A stretch of 63,918 bases of DNA, counting the filler. It is 4 parts of 4 records of this genome, joined end to end, with 100 filler letters (N's around TTAATTAATTAA, not from the genome) between each part and the next. Parts side by side here need not be neighbours in the genome. Positions count along the whole stretch, not along the records: positions 26,061 to 43,566 come from SRR31156797_193; positions 43,667 to 58,419 come from SRR31156797_196; 2 more parts are not named here. One strand, written 5' to 3'. Below are positions 41,721 to 53,300 of this stretch, piece after piece. The position numbers were made by a program, and so were the translations under genes. The notes beneath the pieces were generated by a model that was given only the letters and a program-made list of their open reading frames with translations, was not told the origin of the DNA and ran no database searches. Numbering within the stretch: position 1 is the first letter of the stretch; each line of letters opens with the position of its first letter.

Positions 41721-43493
41721 TTACTCTATTTCCAATATAACCACATCTAGAATATCAGTATCAATACTATTCTCTACCCCGTATTGATAGCCTATTTCTG
41801 AGTTTAATTCTGAATTAACACTAAGTTCATATTCACTGGTTGCCAGATCAGAATCAGGGTTAATAATTAATATACGAGAATCACTTCCATCAAGTGTAAT
41901 TGTTATATCTATTTCATTACTTGATGATATCTCAGTAAGAGTTATAATATCAGTATTTCTATTAGTTATCTCATCAAGTGTTGTTTGGCTGATCTCTTCG
42001 TTAAATGTCAGAGTTATATTATCTGATACAGCTAGTGTACTTTGGTTATATATTGATCCACTTGAGTTAACTGAGAAGAAGTTAGTTTCCTCAAGTTCAA
42101 ATATATAGTTTGGTTCGTTTTCATTTACTTTCATGTACAGTTCAATATTTGAGATATCAACATAAGATGTATTTGTAAGTGAAATTTTAGTTTTCAAACT
42201 GTCATTATCTCCATCTTCATAACCTTGAAAATTAATATATCCGTTACTGTCACTATCAAGATCATTTGCAGTTAGATAAACTTCCTCGATATTAATATTT
42301 GAAAATGTAAAATTACCGCTATCGTCTGTTGTTGTTTCTTCAATTAATCCATCTGCTGAATATAGTCCAATTACTCCATTTACAACTGCAATATCCTCTT
42401 TGTTTCCTACGTATAGAGTTCCCGATATAGAGTATTCACCTGTTTCTTCAAACCAAAGATTAACAGTTTTATCTCCTGATTCACTATCTTCTACCTCGAA
42501 TGATTGAAAGTCATCTTTTGCTGCATACTCATCTCTTCCGTCATTATCTGTATCAAGGGCTAACAGTGATAATTTATAATCTGTATTTGCTGAGATCTCT
42601 GTAAATATATATTCTCCGTTATTATCTGTTGTTGCTCTATCGATCTCTACATTATTTTGACTTAAAATAACTACTGCATCTTCAACAGTTGTTCTGCTTG
42701 TTTCAGCTTCACTTAGCTGACTCAGATCGGTATAAACAGAACCATTTATTGAATAAAGACCTTGCAATTCACACTCATCCAGATCAATAGTGTTGCCTGA
42801 ATCATTTCTTGTAATTGGATAATCAGTAACATCAAAGTTTTCCAGAGTGTATCTATATGAAGCTGTAGATGAATTATTAAGATAGAGAGTGATTATTAAC
42901 TCCTCTATCGCTGCAACTGTTGAACTATTGCTATCGGTAAATGTGCCATATCTCGGGATATTTTCCAGTGTAAAATTAAAATTACTGTCAATTGTTCCGC
43001 TGATTGATGTAGCTGTTATGCTTCCGGTGTATTCAGAGTTAAACTTCAGCTCTGTCTCTATAGCCAGTGTGTCATTTGAATCTATTGTTCTCCCGCTTGG
43101 AAGAGATAAAGTTCCTGTAACACTTACTAACTCTTCAAGTGTAATTGTTACACTTGCAACAGTGTCATTCAATGTAACTGTATCAGTACTTCCACTAATA
43201 GCTATTTCAGAATCAAATGGCACACTTTGAGTTGTAGTTGCGAAATTATCTTTTGTTACTCTTACCTGATATGTAGGATCACCTGATACATTTAGCTTGC
43301 TTATCGAGAAGTAACCAATACTGTCAGTTGTAGTAGTTTTATTTACAACTGTAACTGTTGCACCCTCTACAGCATTATTTGAACTATCTACTACTATTCC
43401 GTTTATTTCTCCTTTTATGTCTTCAATCAGCTCTTTCTCCATGCAGGCTGTTGCCAGAATTAGTGTAAGTATTAATAAGATTAAATTTTTCAT
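41721..43493 (-). CDS. Acidic lipoprotein with carboxypeptidase-regulatory-like / Ig-like domains
   Basis: Lipobox ATAC; repeated GxVxD...VEGATV...TTTDSxGYF modules; C-terminal ITLTFNEEI...LIINPDSDL (Big_5-like). Confidence 0.75.
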   Translation of the reverse strand: MKNLILLILTLILATACMEKELIEDIKGEINGIVVDSSNNAVEGATVTVVNKTTTTDSIGYFSISKLNVSGDPTYQVRVTKDNFATTTQSVPFDSEIAISGSTDTVTLNDTVASVTITLEELVSVTGTLSLPSGRTIDSNDTLAIETELKFNSEYTGSITATSISGTIDSNFNFTLENIPRYGTFTDSNSSTVAAIEELIITLYLNNSSTASYRYTLENFDVTDYPITRNDSGNTIDLDECELQGLYSINGSVYTDLSQLSEAETSRTTVEDAVVILSQNNVEIDRATTDNNGEYIFTEISANTDYKLSLLALDTDNDGRDEYAAKDDFQSFEVEDSESGDKTVNLWFEETGEYSISGTLYVGNKEDIAVVNGVIGLYSADGLIEETTTDDSGNFTFSNINIEEVYLTANDLDSDSNGYINFQGYEDGDNDSLKTKISLTNTSYVDISNIELYMKVNENEPNYIFELEETNFFSVNSSGSIYNQSTLAVSDNITLTFNEEISQTTLDEITNRNTDIITLTEISSSNEIDITITLDGSDSRILIINPDSDLATSEYELSVNSELNSEIGYQYGVENSIDTDILDVVILEIE

Positions 43494-43543
43494 AATTCAA
43501 TTTTCCTCCGTTTTTCTTATTTGAGTAGTTTTGGTATCCGTAT

Positions 43544-43566
43544 GTAGGGGCAATTCATGAATTGCC
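43544..43566 (+). repeat. GTAG-family REP palindrome, cut by the contig end
   Basis: GTAGGGGCAATTCATGAATTGCC: GTAG foot + perfect palindrome. Confidence 0.65.
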
Positions 43567-43666
43567 NNNNNNNNNNNNNNNNNNNNNNNNNNNNNNNNNN
43601 NNNNNNNNNNTTAATTAATTAANNNNNNNNNNNNNNNNNNNNNNNNNNNNNNNNNNNNNNNNNNNN
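43567..43666. other. Artificial contig spacer
   Basis: 44 N + TTAATTAATTAA + 44 N. Confidence 0.98.
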
Positions 43667-43669
43667 AAT

Positions 43670-43726
43670 TCTAAACTCTAAACTCTAAACTCTAAATTTC
43701 AAACTCAACGCTCATAACTCATCACG
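43670..43726 (+). repeat. Degenerating heptamer tandem repeat (TCTAAAC)n
   Basis: tctaaac x3, then decaying copies at the contig start. Confidence 0.7.
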
Positions 43727-43834
43727 CTTTTTTTCGTGTTAAAAATGCTGAATTATATGAACAAGCATAGCGATTTTATCATTGGCCCTGATAATTCAAT
43801 ATTTTTGTGATTCATAACTAAAACACACTTTGAA

Positions 43835-46800
43835 ATGAAAAATGTTTTACTTAAGCTACAAATGACTGTATTTCTGATGGTTTTCCCATTTATGATAACC
43901 ACAGCACAAACCGACACCCTCTTAACAGATAACACCTTTTCAGGCTTGAAATTCCGCAGTATTGGCCCGGCCATGATGTCGGGGCGGATTGCCGATATCG
44001 CCATTCACCCGGAAGATGATAATGTGTGGTATGTGGCTGTTGGCTCCGGCGGTGTTTGGAAAACCACCAACGCTGCAGTTACCTGGACGCCCATTTTTGA
44101 TGATCAGCCTTCCTATTCCATAGGCTGTGTAACGCTTGATCCGCAAAATCCCAATACCGTTTGGGTGGGAACCGGCGAAAATGTGGGTGGCCGCCATGTT
44201 GGATACGGTGATGGTATTTATCGCAGTAATGATGGTGGAAAGAGCTGGAAAAACATGGGGTTGAAAGATTCTGAGCATATTTCGAAGATCATAGTTCATC
44301 CTGAAAATTCTAATATCATATTTGTAGCTGCTCAGGGTCCACTTTGGTCTCCCGGAGGGGAACGTGGTTTTTTTCTATCTGTTGATGGTGGTCAAACCTG
44401 GTTGAATACCCTCGGCGACAAAGAATATACCGGTGTAACAGATATTTTAATCGATCCCCGAAATCCAAACAGACTTTATGCTGCCACCTGGCAACGGCAT
44501 CGCAATGTGGCTGCTTATATGGGAGGTGGACCCGAAACAGCAATTTACCGCTCAGAAGATGGTGGCTCTGAATGGGTAAAACTTTCCAACGGATTGCCAA
44601 ATGGCAGGATGGGGAAAATCGGACTGGCCATCTCACCACAAAATCCGGATGTGGTTTATGCCGCCATCGAACTGGAAAGGCGCTCTGGAGGCGTATACCG
44701 GACCGATGACAGGGGAGAATCCTGGACCATGATGTCAGACCAGGTTTCCGGCGGAACAGGCCCACATTACTACCAGGAACTGTATGCCAGCCCGCATGCC
44801 TTCGACAGGATATACCTGATGGATGTGCGGATAAGGGTTTCTGATGATGGTGGAAAAAAATTCACACGGTTGGATGAGCGATATAAGCATTCTGATAACC
44901 ATGCCATGGCTTTTCGTACTGATGATCCGGATTACCTCCTGATTGGTACTGATGGCGGTTTATACGAAAGTTTCGATTTGGCAGAAAACTGGCGCTACAT
45001 CGACAATTTACCCATAACTCAGTTCTATAAAGTGGCCGTTGATGATGCTGAGCCTTTTTATAATGTTTACGGCGGCACGCAGGATAACAATACCCAGGGA
45101 GGTCCTTCCCGCACGGATAACAGGCACGGCATCATGAACAATCACTGGAATATCGTCCTTGGAGGAGACGGCCATCAGCCTGCCACGGAGCCCGGAAATC
45201 CTGATATCGTTTACGGGCAATCACAGCAAGGCTACCTGAGCCGCATCGACAGAACGACAGGTGAGGTGATCAGTGTGCGTCCGCAGCCCGGCCCCGATGA
45301 ACCAATTGACCGCTGGAACTGGGATTCGCCGATTCTTGTGAGTCCGCATTCGCCCACAAGGTTGTATTTCGCCTCTCAACGTATCTGGAGATCCGACGAT
45401 CGTGGTGATAGCTGGACAACAATATCCGGCGACCTGACCAGGGACCAGAATCGAATTGAATTGCCTATAATGGGCAAACGACAAAGCTGGGATGCACACT
45501 GGGATTTTTATGCCATGTCGAACTACAACAGTATTACTTCACTGGCTGAATCTCCGGTTAAAGAGGACCTGATCTATGCCGGCACGGATGATGGGCTGAT
45601 ACAGGTGACCGAAGATGGTGGTGGAAGCTGGACGAAAATTGAAGTGGGGTCGTTACCGGGTGTTCCGGAAACCGCGTTTGTAAATGATATTAAAGCAGAT
45701 CTGTATGATGAAAATACGGTATATGTCGTATTGGACAATCATAAATTCGGAGACCTGAATCCTTATCTCCTGAAAAGCAACAACCGGGGAAAAAGCTGGA
45801 CATCTATGGTCGGGAATATTCCGGAGAGAACTCTTGTATGGCGCATTGTACAGGATCATGTAAAACCTGAATTGTTTTTCCTGGCTACCGAATTTGGCAT
45901 ATACTTCACCATTGATGCAGGAGAAAAATGGATGAAATTAAAAGGCGGGCTCCCAACCATCAGCTTCCGCGACCTGACCATCCAAAAACGTGAAAATGAC
46001 CTTGTTGGAGCTTCTTTTGGCCGAAGCTTTTATATCCTGGATGATTACAGTGCATTGCGTGAGGTTTCAAAAGAACAATTGCAGGAAGAGGCTACGCTTT
46101 TCCCGGCAAGAAAAGCATGGTGGTATGTGCCACGTCCTGAAATCAGTTTTGGACAGCGGGGCTCAAAAGGCGCAGATCTGTACCAGGCTCCAAATCCACC
46201 GTATGGTGCCGTATTTACCTATTATCTTGCCGAAGGCCTGACGACACTGGAACAGGATCGCAAGAAACAGGAAAAGGAACTCAAAGATCAGGATGTGCCA
46301 TTCCCGGGATGGGATGCACTGGACAATGAGAAACTTCAGGATAAGCCGGAAATACTGCTGGTCATCCGGGATAGTGACGGAAACTTTGTAAGGGAGATTT
46401 CATGTCCTGCGTCAAAAGGGTTTAATCGCATAAGCTGGGATTTGCGGGAAACATCTACCAGCGCCATCGATATCGACAGGGTTTCGAAAGAAGCACCCGC
46501 AGGCTTATGGGCCGGGCCGGGAACTTATACCGCCACTTTGCAAAAACGAGTGGATGGTGTGGTTACAAAGCTTTCCGGGCCGGTAACATTTGAAGTTGAA
46601 AAATTGTATGATGGTGCATTGAAGGGTGCTTCAAAGCAAGAACTGGCTGAATTCTGGTCGTATTACGGTGAATTGCGGGGCGCCTATTCGGCATTGGGAT
46701 TGGCGCTTAATGATGCCAGGGAAAAAACAAATGCCATGATTGCTGCACTGAATCGTACACCCGAATATCCTGAGGGCTTATATGAGGATTTGCATGCATT

Positions 46801-47098
46801 GAAACATGAACTGTACGAAATTGATGCGCAATTAAATGGCCGGCCTTCAAAACGTGAGGTTGGTGAAAAAACAAGAATTTCGATAAACAACAGGCTGGGC
46901 ATGACATGGTCAGGTGCAAGTTCCACTTATGGTCCTACAGCAAATCACAGGAAAAGCCTGGAAATAGCTGCGGAGGAATTTGAAGATATCCGGACAACCT
47001 TTGAATTGATCAGAACAGAGACGATCCCAAATCTGGAACAGTCGCTTATGGAATCCGGTGCTCCCTGGATGCAGGGACAACCCTTACCAAAGAGATAA
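43835..47098 (+). CDS. VPS10/sortilin-like BNR-repeat beta-propeller protein (putative glycosyl hydrolase)
   Basis: Signal peptide; FRSIGPAMMSGRIAD; many SxDGGxxW Asp-boxes; GGTQDN; C-terminal helical domain. Confidence 0.85.
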   Translation: MKNVLLKLQMTVFLMVFPFMITTAQTDTLLTDNTFSGLKFRSIGPAMMSGRIADIAIHPEDDNVWYVAVGSGGVWKTTNAAVTWTPIFDDQPSYSIGCVTLDPQNPNTVWVGTGENVGGRHVGYGDGIYRSNDGGKSWKNMGLKDSEHISKIIVHPENSNIIFVAAQGPLWSPGGERGFFLSVDGGQTWLNTLGDKEYTGVTDILIDPRNPNRLYAATWQRHRNVAAYMGGGPETAIYRSEDGGSEWVKLSNGLPNGRMGKIGLAISPQNPDVVYAAIELERRSGGVYRTDDRGESWTMMSDQVSGGTGPHYYQELYASPHAFDRIYLMDVRIRVSDDGGKKFTRLDERYKHSDNHAMAFRTDDPDYLLIGTDGGLYESFDLAENWRYIDNLPITQFYKVAVDDAEPFYNVYGGTQDNNTQGGPSRTDNRHGIMNNHWNIVLGGDGHQPATEPGNPDIVYGQSQQGYLSRIDRTTGEVISVRPQPGPDEPIDRWNWDSPILVSPHSPTRLYFASQRIWRSDDRGDSWTTISGDLTRDQNRIELPIMGKRQSWDAHWDFYAMSNYNSITSLAESPVKEDLIYAGTDDGLIQVTEDGGGSWTKIEVGSLPGVPETAFVNDIKADLYDENTVYVVLDNHKFGDLNPYLLKSNNRGKSWTSMVGNIPERTLVWRIVQDHVKPELFFLATEFGIYFTIDAGEKWMKLKGGLPTISFRDLTIQKRENDLVGASFGRSFYILDDYSALREVSKEQLQEEATLFPARKAWWYVPRPEISFGQRGSKGADLYQAPNPPYGAVFTYYLAEGLTTLEQDRKKQEKELKDQDVPFPGWDALDNEKLQDKPEILLVIRDSDGNFVREISCPASKGFNRISWDLRETSTSAIDIDRVSKEAPAGLWAGPGTYTATLQKRVDGVVTKLSGPVTFEVEKLYDGALKGASKQELAEFWSYYGELRGAYSALGLALNDAREKTNAMIAALNRTPEYPEGLYEDLHALKHELYEIDAQLNGRPSKREVGEKTRISINNRLGMTWSGASSTYGPTANHRKSLEIAAEEFEDIRTTFELIRTETIPNLEQSLMESGAPWMQGQPLPKR

Positions 47099-47337
47099 GT
47101 GATAAGTAACGATAGCCTGAAACAACATGCTGTATTTTGAATTGACATTGAACGTGTTACAACTATCTTCTTACTTTGGAAGATTGGAAGGATGGAGTAG
47201 TGGAGTCTATTTTCGTTTTTATCGTCCATTTTTCCAATTTCCATTTCGTAGGATTTTCTTATAACACGTATTATTTTTATGAGGTATTCAAATCCTTATT
47301 TCGAATTCAGGTAAATAGTACTATTGAATTATATGAA

Positions 47338-47371
47338 GGCCGAAATTCCAACAGGAATTTCGGCCCTCTTT
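47338..47371 (+). terminator. Strong hairpin, probable terminator
   Basis: GGCCGAAATTCC-AACA-GGAATTTCGGCC perfect 12-bp stem with weak T tail. Confidence 0.5.
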
Positions 47372-47417
47372 CATCACTGCGTTATCTCTCCCGCTTGTAA
47401 TTCAACCTTCAATTGGT

Positions 47418-47425
47418 TACATTTG
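47418..47425 (+). promoter_or_regulatory. Bacteroidota -7 promoter element
   Basis: TACATTTG matches TAnnTTTG about 40 bp upstream of 47466. Confidence 0.35.
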
Positions 47426-47465
47426 GCATCGCAAACCAATTCAAGTGCAATAAATATTTGCCACC

Positions 47466-49148
47466 ATGAAAAAAATGAAAGCTTCCGCAAGGAAGAAACC
47501 AGCCCGTAAAAAGGCTGGGAAAAATCAGTATTTCACGCAGAAATACCTGTTTATCCTGGCCTTAATTCTGGTTCTTATTCTTATATCCGTGATCCGGCTC
47601 AGGCTCCTGAATATTCCACTCGAACGTGATGAAGGCGAATATGCTTACTTTGGGCAACTATTGCTTGAAGGTATTCCACCTTATGAAATGGCCTATAGCA
47701 TGAAGTTTCCTGGTGTATATTTCATCTATGCCTTTTTTATGCTCGTGTTTGGGCAAAGTGTGGTCGCAATTCACCTGGGTCTGCTCATAGCAGTCATCAT
47801 CACCATGGTATTTCTTTACTTGATGGTTCGGGAACTGATCGGTGATTTTACAGGCCTTGTTGCAGCTGTAACTTATGGAACCCTCACCCTGAACGATGCC
47901 ATGTTGGGGTTTGCAGCCCATGCCACACACTTTGTTGTCATGGCTGCTATTCCGGGCTTATATTATTTACTGAGGGGGTTTAAATCCTTTAAGCCAAAGT
48001 ATTTTCTGATTTCGGGATTACTGCTTGGGCTGGCCCCGATATTTAAACAATCCGGTGTTTTCTTTGGTGTTTTGGGGCTGGCTGCATTTTTTACCTTTTG
48101 GCCGGCAAGTGAAAAACAGCCATTAAAAAATTTATTGAGGTTTTTTGGATGGTTCATAGCCGGTGGATTAATACCTTCAGGAACCTTAGTTATTTATCTG
48201 CTTGCTAACGGCGTTTGGGATAATTTCTGGTATTGGACCATCCAGTATCCATTTACTTATGGCGGCCAGGTTTCCTTCGATCGTGGCATGGATTACCTCG
48301 CCGAGCATTTCGGCGGAATTCTTAGTGGATTTGGTTTATTATGGGTTTTGATAGGTGCCGGCATACCATTGATGTTTTTCTCCGCCTATAAATCTAACCG
48401 GAAGCCGGCAATTTTCTTCCTGCTTGCCTTTTTTATTTTATCCGTGTTAACCATTGTTCCCGGTTTTTACTTCCGGCATCACTATTTTGTGAGCCTGATG
48501 CCGGTAATGGCTGTTTTTGCTGCGCTTTCCCTGAACTATCTCGCTGATATTAAGTTGGTGCCGATGAAATCCGCATTGAAAAGGGTGCTCTTATTTTTTT
48601 TGCTGATAGTGGCTGTTGGCTGGGGGATGGCCCAAAACAAAGCGTACTATTTTTCTGAGGAACCCGATGACGTTTCGAGAAGGATATATGGACTCAATCC
48701 GTTTGTTGAGTCAGAGGCCATTGGCGATTTTATCCGTCGTAAAACCAAACCGGATGACAGGATTGTTGTATTTGGCTCGGAGCCTCAAATTTACTTTTTT
48801 GCCAAAAGGCAATCGGCAACCGGTTTTATATACATGTATCCGATGATGGAGCTCCATGAGTTTAACCTCGACATGCAGGAACAGATGATTCAGGAGATTG
48901 AAGCGGCTGATCCGGAAATCCTGGTTTTTATCGATATCAATTCATCATGGTTAAAAAAGTCAAAATCGCCAACCAAAATATTTTCATGGTCGATACAAAA
49001 ATCGAAAAGTGAGGATTACAAGCTTATAGGAACTGTGGAGCTTTTTTCGGACGCGACCTTATATAAATTCACAGCGGTTGCCATGAAAAACCAGCCGGAA
49101 TCAAAATACCGGGTGAGGATTTATCGGAAGATTCCTGAAAAATTGTGA
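47466..49148 (+). CDS. GT-C fold membrane glycosyltransferase (ArnT/PMT_2-like)
   Basis: PLERDEGEYAY loop after TM1; many TMs; FKQ motif; C-terminal soluble domain. Confidence 0.85.
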   Translation: MKKMKASARKKPARKKAGKNQYFTQKYLFILALILVLILISVIRLRLLNIPLERDEGEYAYFGQLLLEGIPPYEMAYSMKFPGVYFIYAFFMLVFGQSVVAIHLGLLIAVIITMVFLYLMVRELIGDFTGLVAAVTYGTLTLNDAMLGFAAHATHFVVMAAIPGLYYLLRGFKSFKPKYFLISGLLLGLAPIFKQSGVFFGVLGLAAFFTFWPASEKQPLKNLLRFFGWFIAGGLIPSGTLVIYLLANGVWDNFWYWTIQYPFTYGGQVSFDRGMDYLAEHFGGILSGFGLLWVLIGAGIPLMFFSAYKSNRKPAIFFLLAFFILSVLTIVPGFYFRHHYFVSLMPVMAVFAALSLNYLADIKLVPMKSALKRVLLFFLLIVAVGWGMAQNKAYYFSEEPDDVSRRIYGLNPFVESEAIGDFIRRKTKPDDRIVVFGSEPQIYFFAKRQSATGFIYMYPMMELHEFNLDMQEQMIQEIEAADPEILVFIDINSSWLKKSKSPTKIFSWSIQKSKSEDYKLIGTVELFSDATLYKFTAVAMKNQPESKYRVRIYRKIPEKL

Positions 49149-49170
49149 GTAAGCTTAATACATAACAAGC

Positions 49171-50133
49171 CTAATCGCTGGTATAAACACCGCTACCAAT
49201 CAGATAATCCATCCCGGGTACCTGATTAACGTAGGCTGACTTGAGTTTTTCCTGGCCCGATTCATAATCAATCCAGTAGTATGAATAAAAACCTCCACCA
49301 TTTTGCGCTGTTTCAACCAGGCCACGGACGAGGTAATTACCTCTCGAATCCTGAATATCCCACTCATAGGTCCCCTGAATAGAAGGGTCTGGTGGTTGAA
49401 CTACATTGTAGCCATTAAAATCAATCACATAAAAATAACCGGATTGATCGTCGAAAAAGCGGATGTGATGAAGAAAGTCGCGCATCAGTTCCACGCCTTG
49501 CAGAGAATCTGTTGCATACATTTCGAGAACACTCCCCAGGCCTCCCGCCATCGATTCAACAGCCTGCTTCACGATCTCCTCATTCATTTCGATTGGAGTA
49601 ATAAGCCCTCCATCCTGATGATAAAATCCTGATCCCAAATACCAGCTTGCAGCCGGGATTGATTTCACAAAAGTTGTTTTATTCTCAATAGTATTTGTGG
49701 CGGGGTTTTCGATAATATATGCTAAAAATCCAAATCCGGTGTGGTTAATCATGTCAATCATCTCCTGTACGATCAGCTTTCCATTTGCATCGGTTTGATT
49801 GATTGTGGAGGTCCCAACAAGTTGTGGTTTCTCAGGATGAGCAATATTATAACCGTGGGTACTTTCAACAAAAAGATACCCACTGTTGTCATTCATGAAT
49901 TTTGCAGCCTGTGTAAATGCCTGGCAGAAGCCGGCGCGTGAAGCGGAATCAGTATACCTGTCGATAAATAAATCATTGAATCCTGTTCCGGTGTTGGTTG
50001 CAACGGTTTGAACAATCATTTTTGAGGCATCATTCTGCGTATATAAAGCAATTTTCGGATTATCATCCTTTTCGCACGAAATGATTGTTATTGTAATCAA
50101 AGTTAAAATTAGAAGTTTGACGAAAATTTTCAT
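49171..50133 (-). CDS. Lipoprotein of two tandem single-Cache (Cache_2-like) domains
   Basis: Lipobox IISC; two copies of SGYxxV...HP/QP...G...DxxGxxxV...GxGFxxY...KxxxV...W/YxxGSGxY. Confidence 0.8.
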   Translation of the reverse strand: MKIFVKLLILTLITITIISCEKDDNPKIALYTQNDASKMIVQTVATNTGTGFNDLFIDRYTDSASRAGFCQAFTQAAKFMNDNSGYLFVESTHGYNIAHPEKPQLVGTSTINQTDANGKLIVQEMIDMINHTGFGFLAYIIENPATNTIENKTTFVKSIPAASWYLGSGFYHQDGGLITPIEMNEEIVKQAVESMAGGLGSVLEMYATDSLQGVELMRDFLHHIRFFDDQSGYFYVIDFNGYNVVQPPDPSIQGTYEWDIQDSRGNYLVRGLVETAQNGGGFYSYYWIDYESGQEKLKSAYVNQVPGMDYLIGSGVYTSD

Positions 50134-50396
50134 AGTTCATAAATTTTTGATTTACACAAAAATATAAATAATCATGAAATAAATTTACAATAATCCTGTA
50201 TAGTTCGATCCGGGAAACTTCAGGATTTTCCTTTGGTTAATCTTTTGTGCAATATAAGGACCCTTTGTAGCTGATGTTTTATGCATTTTTATAATTCCCT
50301 GATTTACAATTAACAGTTCCTTAACAGAACCCCGCGTTGTTAATAGCCATATTTGAGGATTAAAATCAATTATTATTCATTAAACATCATACACAT

Positions 50397-53300
50397 ATGA
50401 AAGTCAGATATTTACATTTACTTCTATTCTTATTCTGTATAGGCGTGGTACACAGCCAGACCATAAATTTTCAAAGTTCAAAGGAGGAACTGTTGGATTA
50501 TCATTTATCCAACTTTGAAAGCTTTGATTTTATACCGGACCAGTTGATCGTAAAACTCAATCATGAACTAGAACTGAGCGATGGCGTTTACACCTCACCG
50601 CATCAACAGGTTAATACAACATTTGAAGCATTGGAGGTTTATGATGTACAAAAACTTTTCAATAAAAATCTGGATGTGAACAGAGTCCAAAAAGAATCTT
50701 TTGGTTTAACAAGGTTTTATATTATTGACTTCCCGAAAGGAACAGATCTTAAAGCGGCGCTGACAAAACTCGCTGCCCTGGAAGAGATTGAGGTTGTTGA
50801 ACCGAATTATCTGGCATTCACCACCGCAGTGCCAAACGACCCCTTGTATGATGAACAATGGGCATTGAATAATACAGGCCAGGCCGTTCAGTATAACACC
50901 AATAACCCGGTTGGAACACCAGGGGTTGATTTAGCCATGCAGGAAGCCTGGGACATCACAACCGGAAGTAGTGATGTTATCGTAAGTATAATTGATGGCG
51001 GTGTTGATTTAAGTCACCCGGAATTTGCCGGCCGGCTGGTTGCCGGATATGATTTTGTTTATGACGATAATGATCCGAACCCGGGTGACGGTGATGCCCA
51101 TGGTACTGCATGTGCCGGAATTGTGGGCGCCTCCGGAAATAATGGAATTGGTGTTGCAGGAATTGGCTGGGATGTGAGTATCATGCCCATTAAGGCCATG
51201 GATGGAGGTTCAGGTTCTTGGGCCGATATTTCATCTGGAATTACCTGGTCGGCAGATAATGATGCAGATATCATCAGCATGAGCCTAAGTGGCTCCGGGT
51301 ATTCAACAACACTGGAAACTGCGGTTAATTACGCTTTTGGACTGGGCTGTATTATTTTTGCATCAGCCGGAAACAATAATGAAGATCTCACTATCAATCC
51401 ACGGTCACCGGCAGTATTTCCTAACACGGTTTGTATTGGCGCTTTAAGCCCTTGTGATGAACGTAAAAGCCCTGTCAGTTGCGATAATGAAACCTGGTGG
51501 GGAAGTAATTATGGCAGCGACCTGGATTTTATGGCACCGGGAACCCGTAATTATACCACCGATATCTCAGGTAGCGCTGGGTATACTTCTGGTGATTATG
51601 CCCCGTTTTTTAATGGTACCTCCTCAGCATGTCCGCATGCAGCAGGAGTAGCGGCCCTGATATTATCTGTTGATCCCGGCCTGACTAATACCGAAGTAAG
51701 AACAATAATGCAAAATTCATGTGTTGACATGGGCGCATTTGGCTTCGATAATCAAACAGGATATGGCAGGGTTAATGCATATAATGCCCTATCTGGTTTG
51801 CAGCCGGCAACGTGCGACATAATTTTTAATCCAGGGTTTCAAAATGCAGTTCCCGGACAAGAGTTTTCCATTGAGATCTGGGTGGAGGACGTGGAAAATC
51901 TGGCCGGTTACGAATTTAATATCAGCTATGAGCCGGATTATATCGACTGGATGGGTTATGAACTGGGTGACTTTATTTATTCAACAGGAAGGACCCAGCT
52001 GCCGTTTTGGGTTGAACCGGATCCTGAAAATGGTTTCTTTTACTTCAGGCAGGGAACAGTGGGAGATTCCCCACCGGGACCAGATGGTGACGGCAGGTTG
52101 TTTACTGCAAACTTTAAGGTTAAAGATGACCCTTTAGCCCTGGAAACAATCCAGTTTAATGTTTCTGAATATGAAATGACGATGCCTGACGGCAGTAATA
52201 TAACGGCAAATCTTGGTAATTCCGTTTTGTCCCTTGCAGGTTATTGTGAAGAAGGCTTGTTTGTATCAGGTTGTATCGAAGGCGACCGGTTGACTTATGT
52301 CGGCATGGCCGATATGGAAAATGTTAGTTTGGAGTGCAGCCCGGATGCTTATGCTGATTTTACAGATATTTTTATCAACGTTTTACAGGGTGTAAATTAT
52401 GACCTCTTTTTGGAAGTTGGCTTTGGTGATCAGTACGTGAGTGCCTGGATTGACCTGAATGACAATGTGGAATTTGAGGAAAGTGAAAAAGTGCTGGATG
52501 GATTCTATATTGATACGGAAGGTGTTCGTGAGCAAACGATGATCTCCATTTTGAATGATTTTACGCCGGGCGAACACAGATTCAGGTTGCGAACCGTTTG
52601 GGATAACAGCCTGGTTGAGCCTTGCGCAGTATACGGCTATGGAGAAACACAGGATTATACAATTAATATTCATCCTAATGACCAGTTTGCTCAAATCGAG
52701 GGATTTGTTTTTGATGCAGAAACCGGTGACCCCATTTTGAATGCCCTTCCACAGGTAAATGATACCGGTGTGCAGGATGAGCCTTCCCAGAACGGATTTT
52801 ATAGTTTTATTGTGGAAGCAGGATACCTTAGCCTTAGTTGTTCGGCCCCAGGATATGCAACAGTTAGCGCTGACCCCGCTACAATTGGACCGGGTGAAGT
52901 ACTTGTCAATGATTTTTTCCTGGAACATGCCACCTGCTCAGAAGATCTTTTTGAAGCAGGGTGTCTTGAAGGCGACGGGATCAACGACTTTTTCCTGAAC
53001 CACATCCAGCATCCGGCATCGGGTTGTAGTGAAGGCGGTTTTGGTGACTTTACGGATATGAAAACCATTCTGGCCTGCGGGGCAACCTATTCCTGTGAAG
53101 TCTCAACAGGTTATGATGAGCAGTATTTAAGTATCTGGATAGATATGAACGACAACTATGTGTTTGATCCGGAGGAATTGGTCCTCGAGAATGCGTTCCT
53201 TGAATTAGCGGGTGTTTTGTATCCATTTGATGTTATAATTCCTGAGGTTTGTCCACCTGGAGAGCATATCATGCGTGCCAGGATGAATTATTATGACCCA

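Noticed and set aside
47176-47509. Small ORFs 47176-47400 and 47324-47509
   Set aside because: They run through repeats and a terminator-like hairpin and have no recognisable protein features
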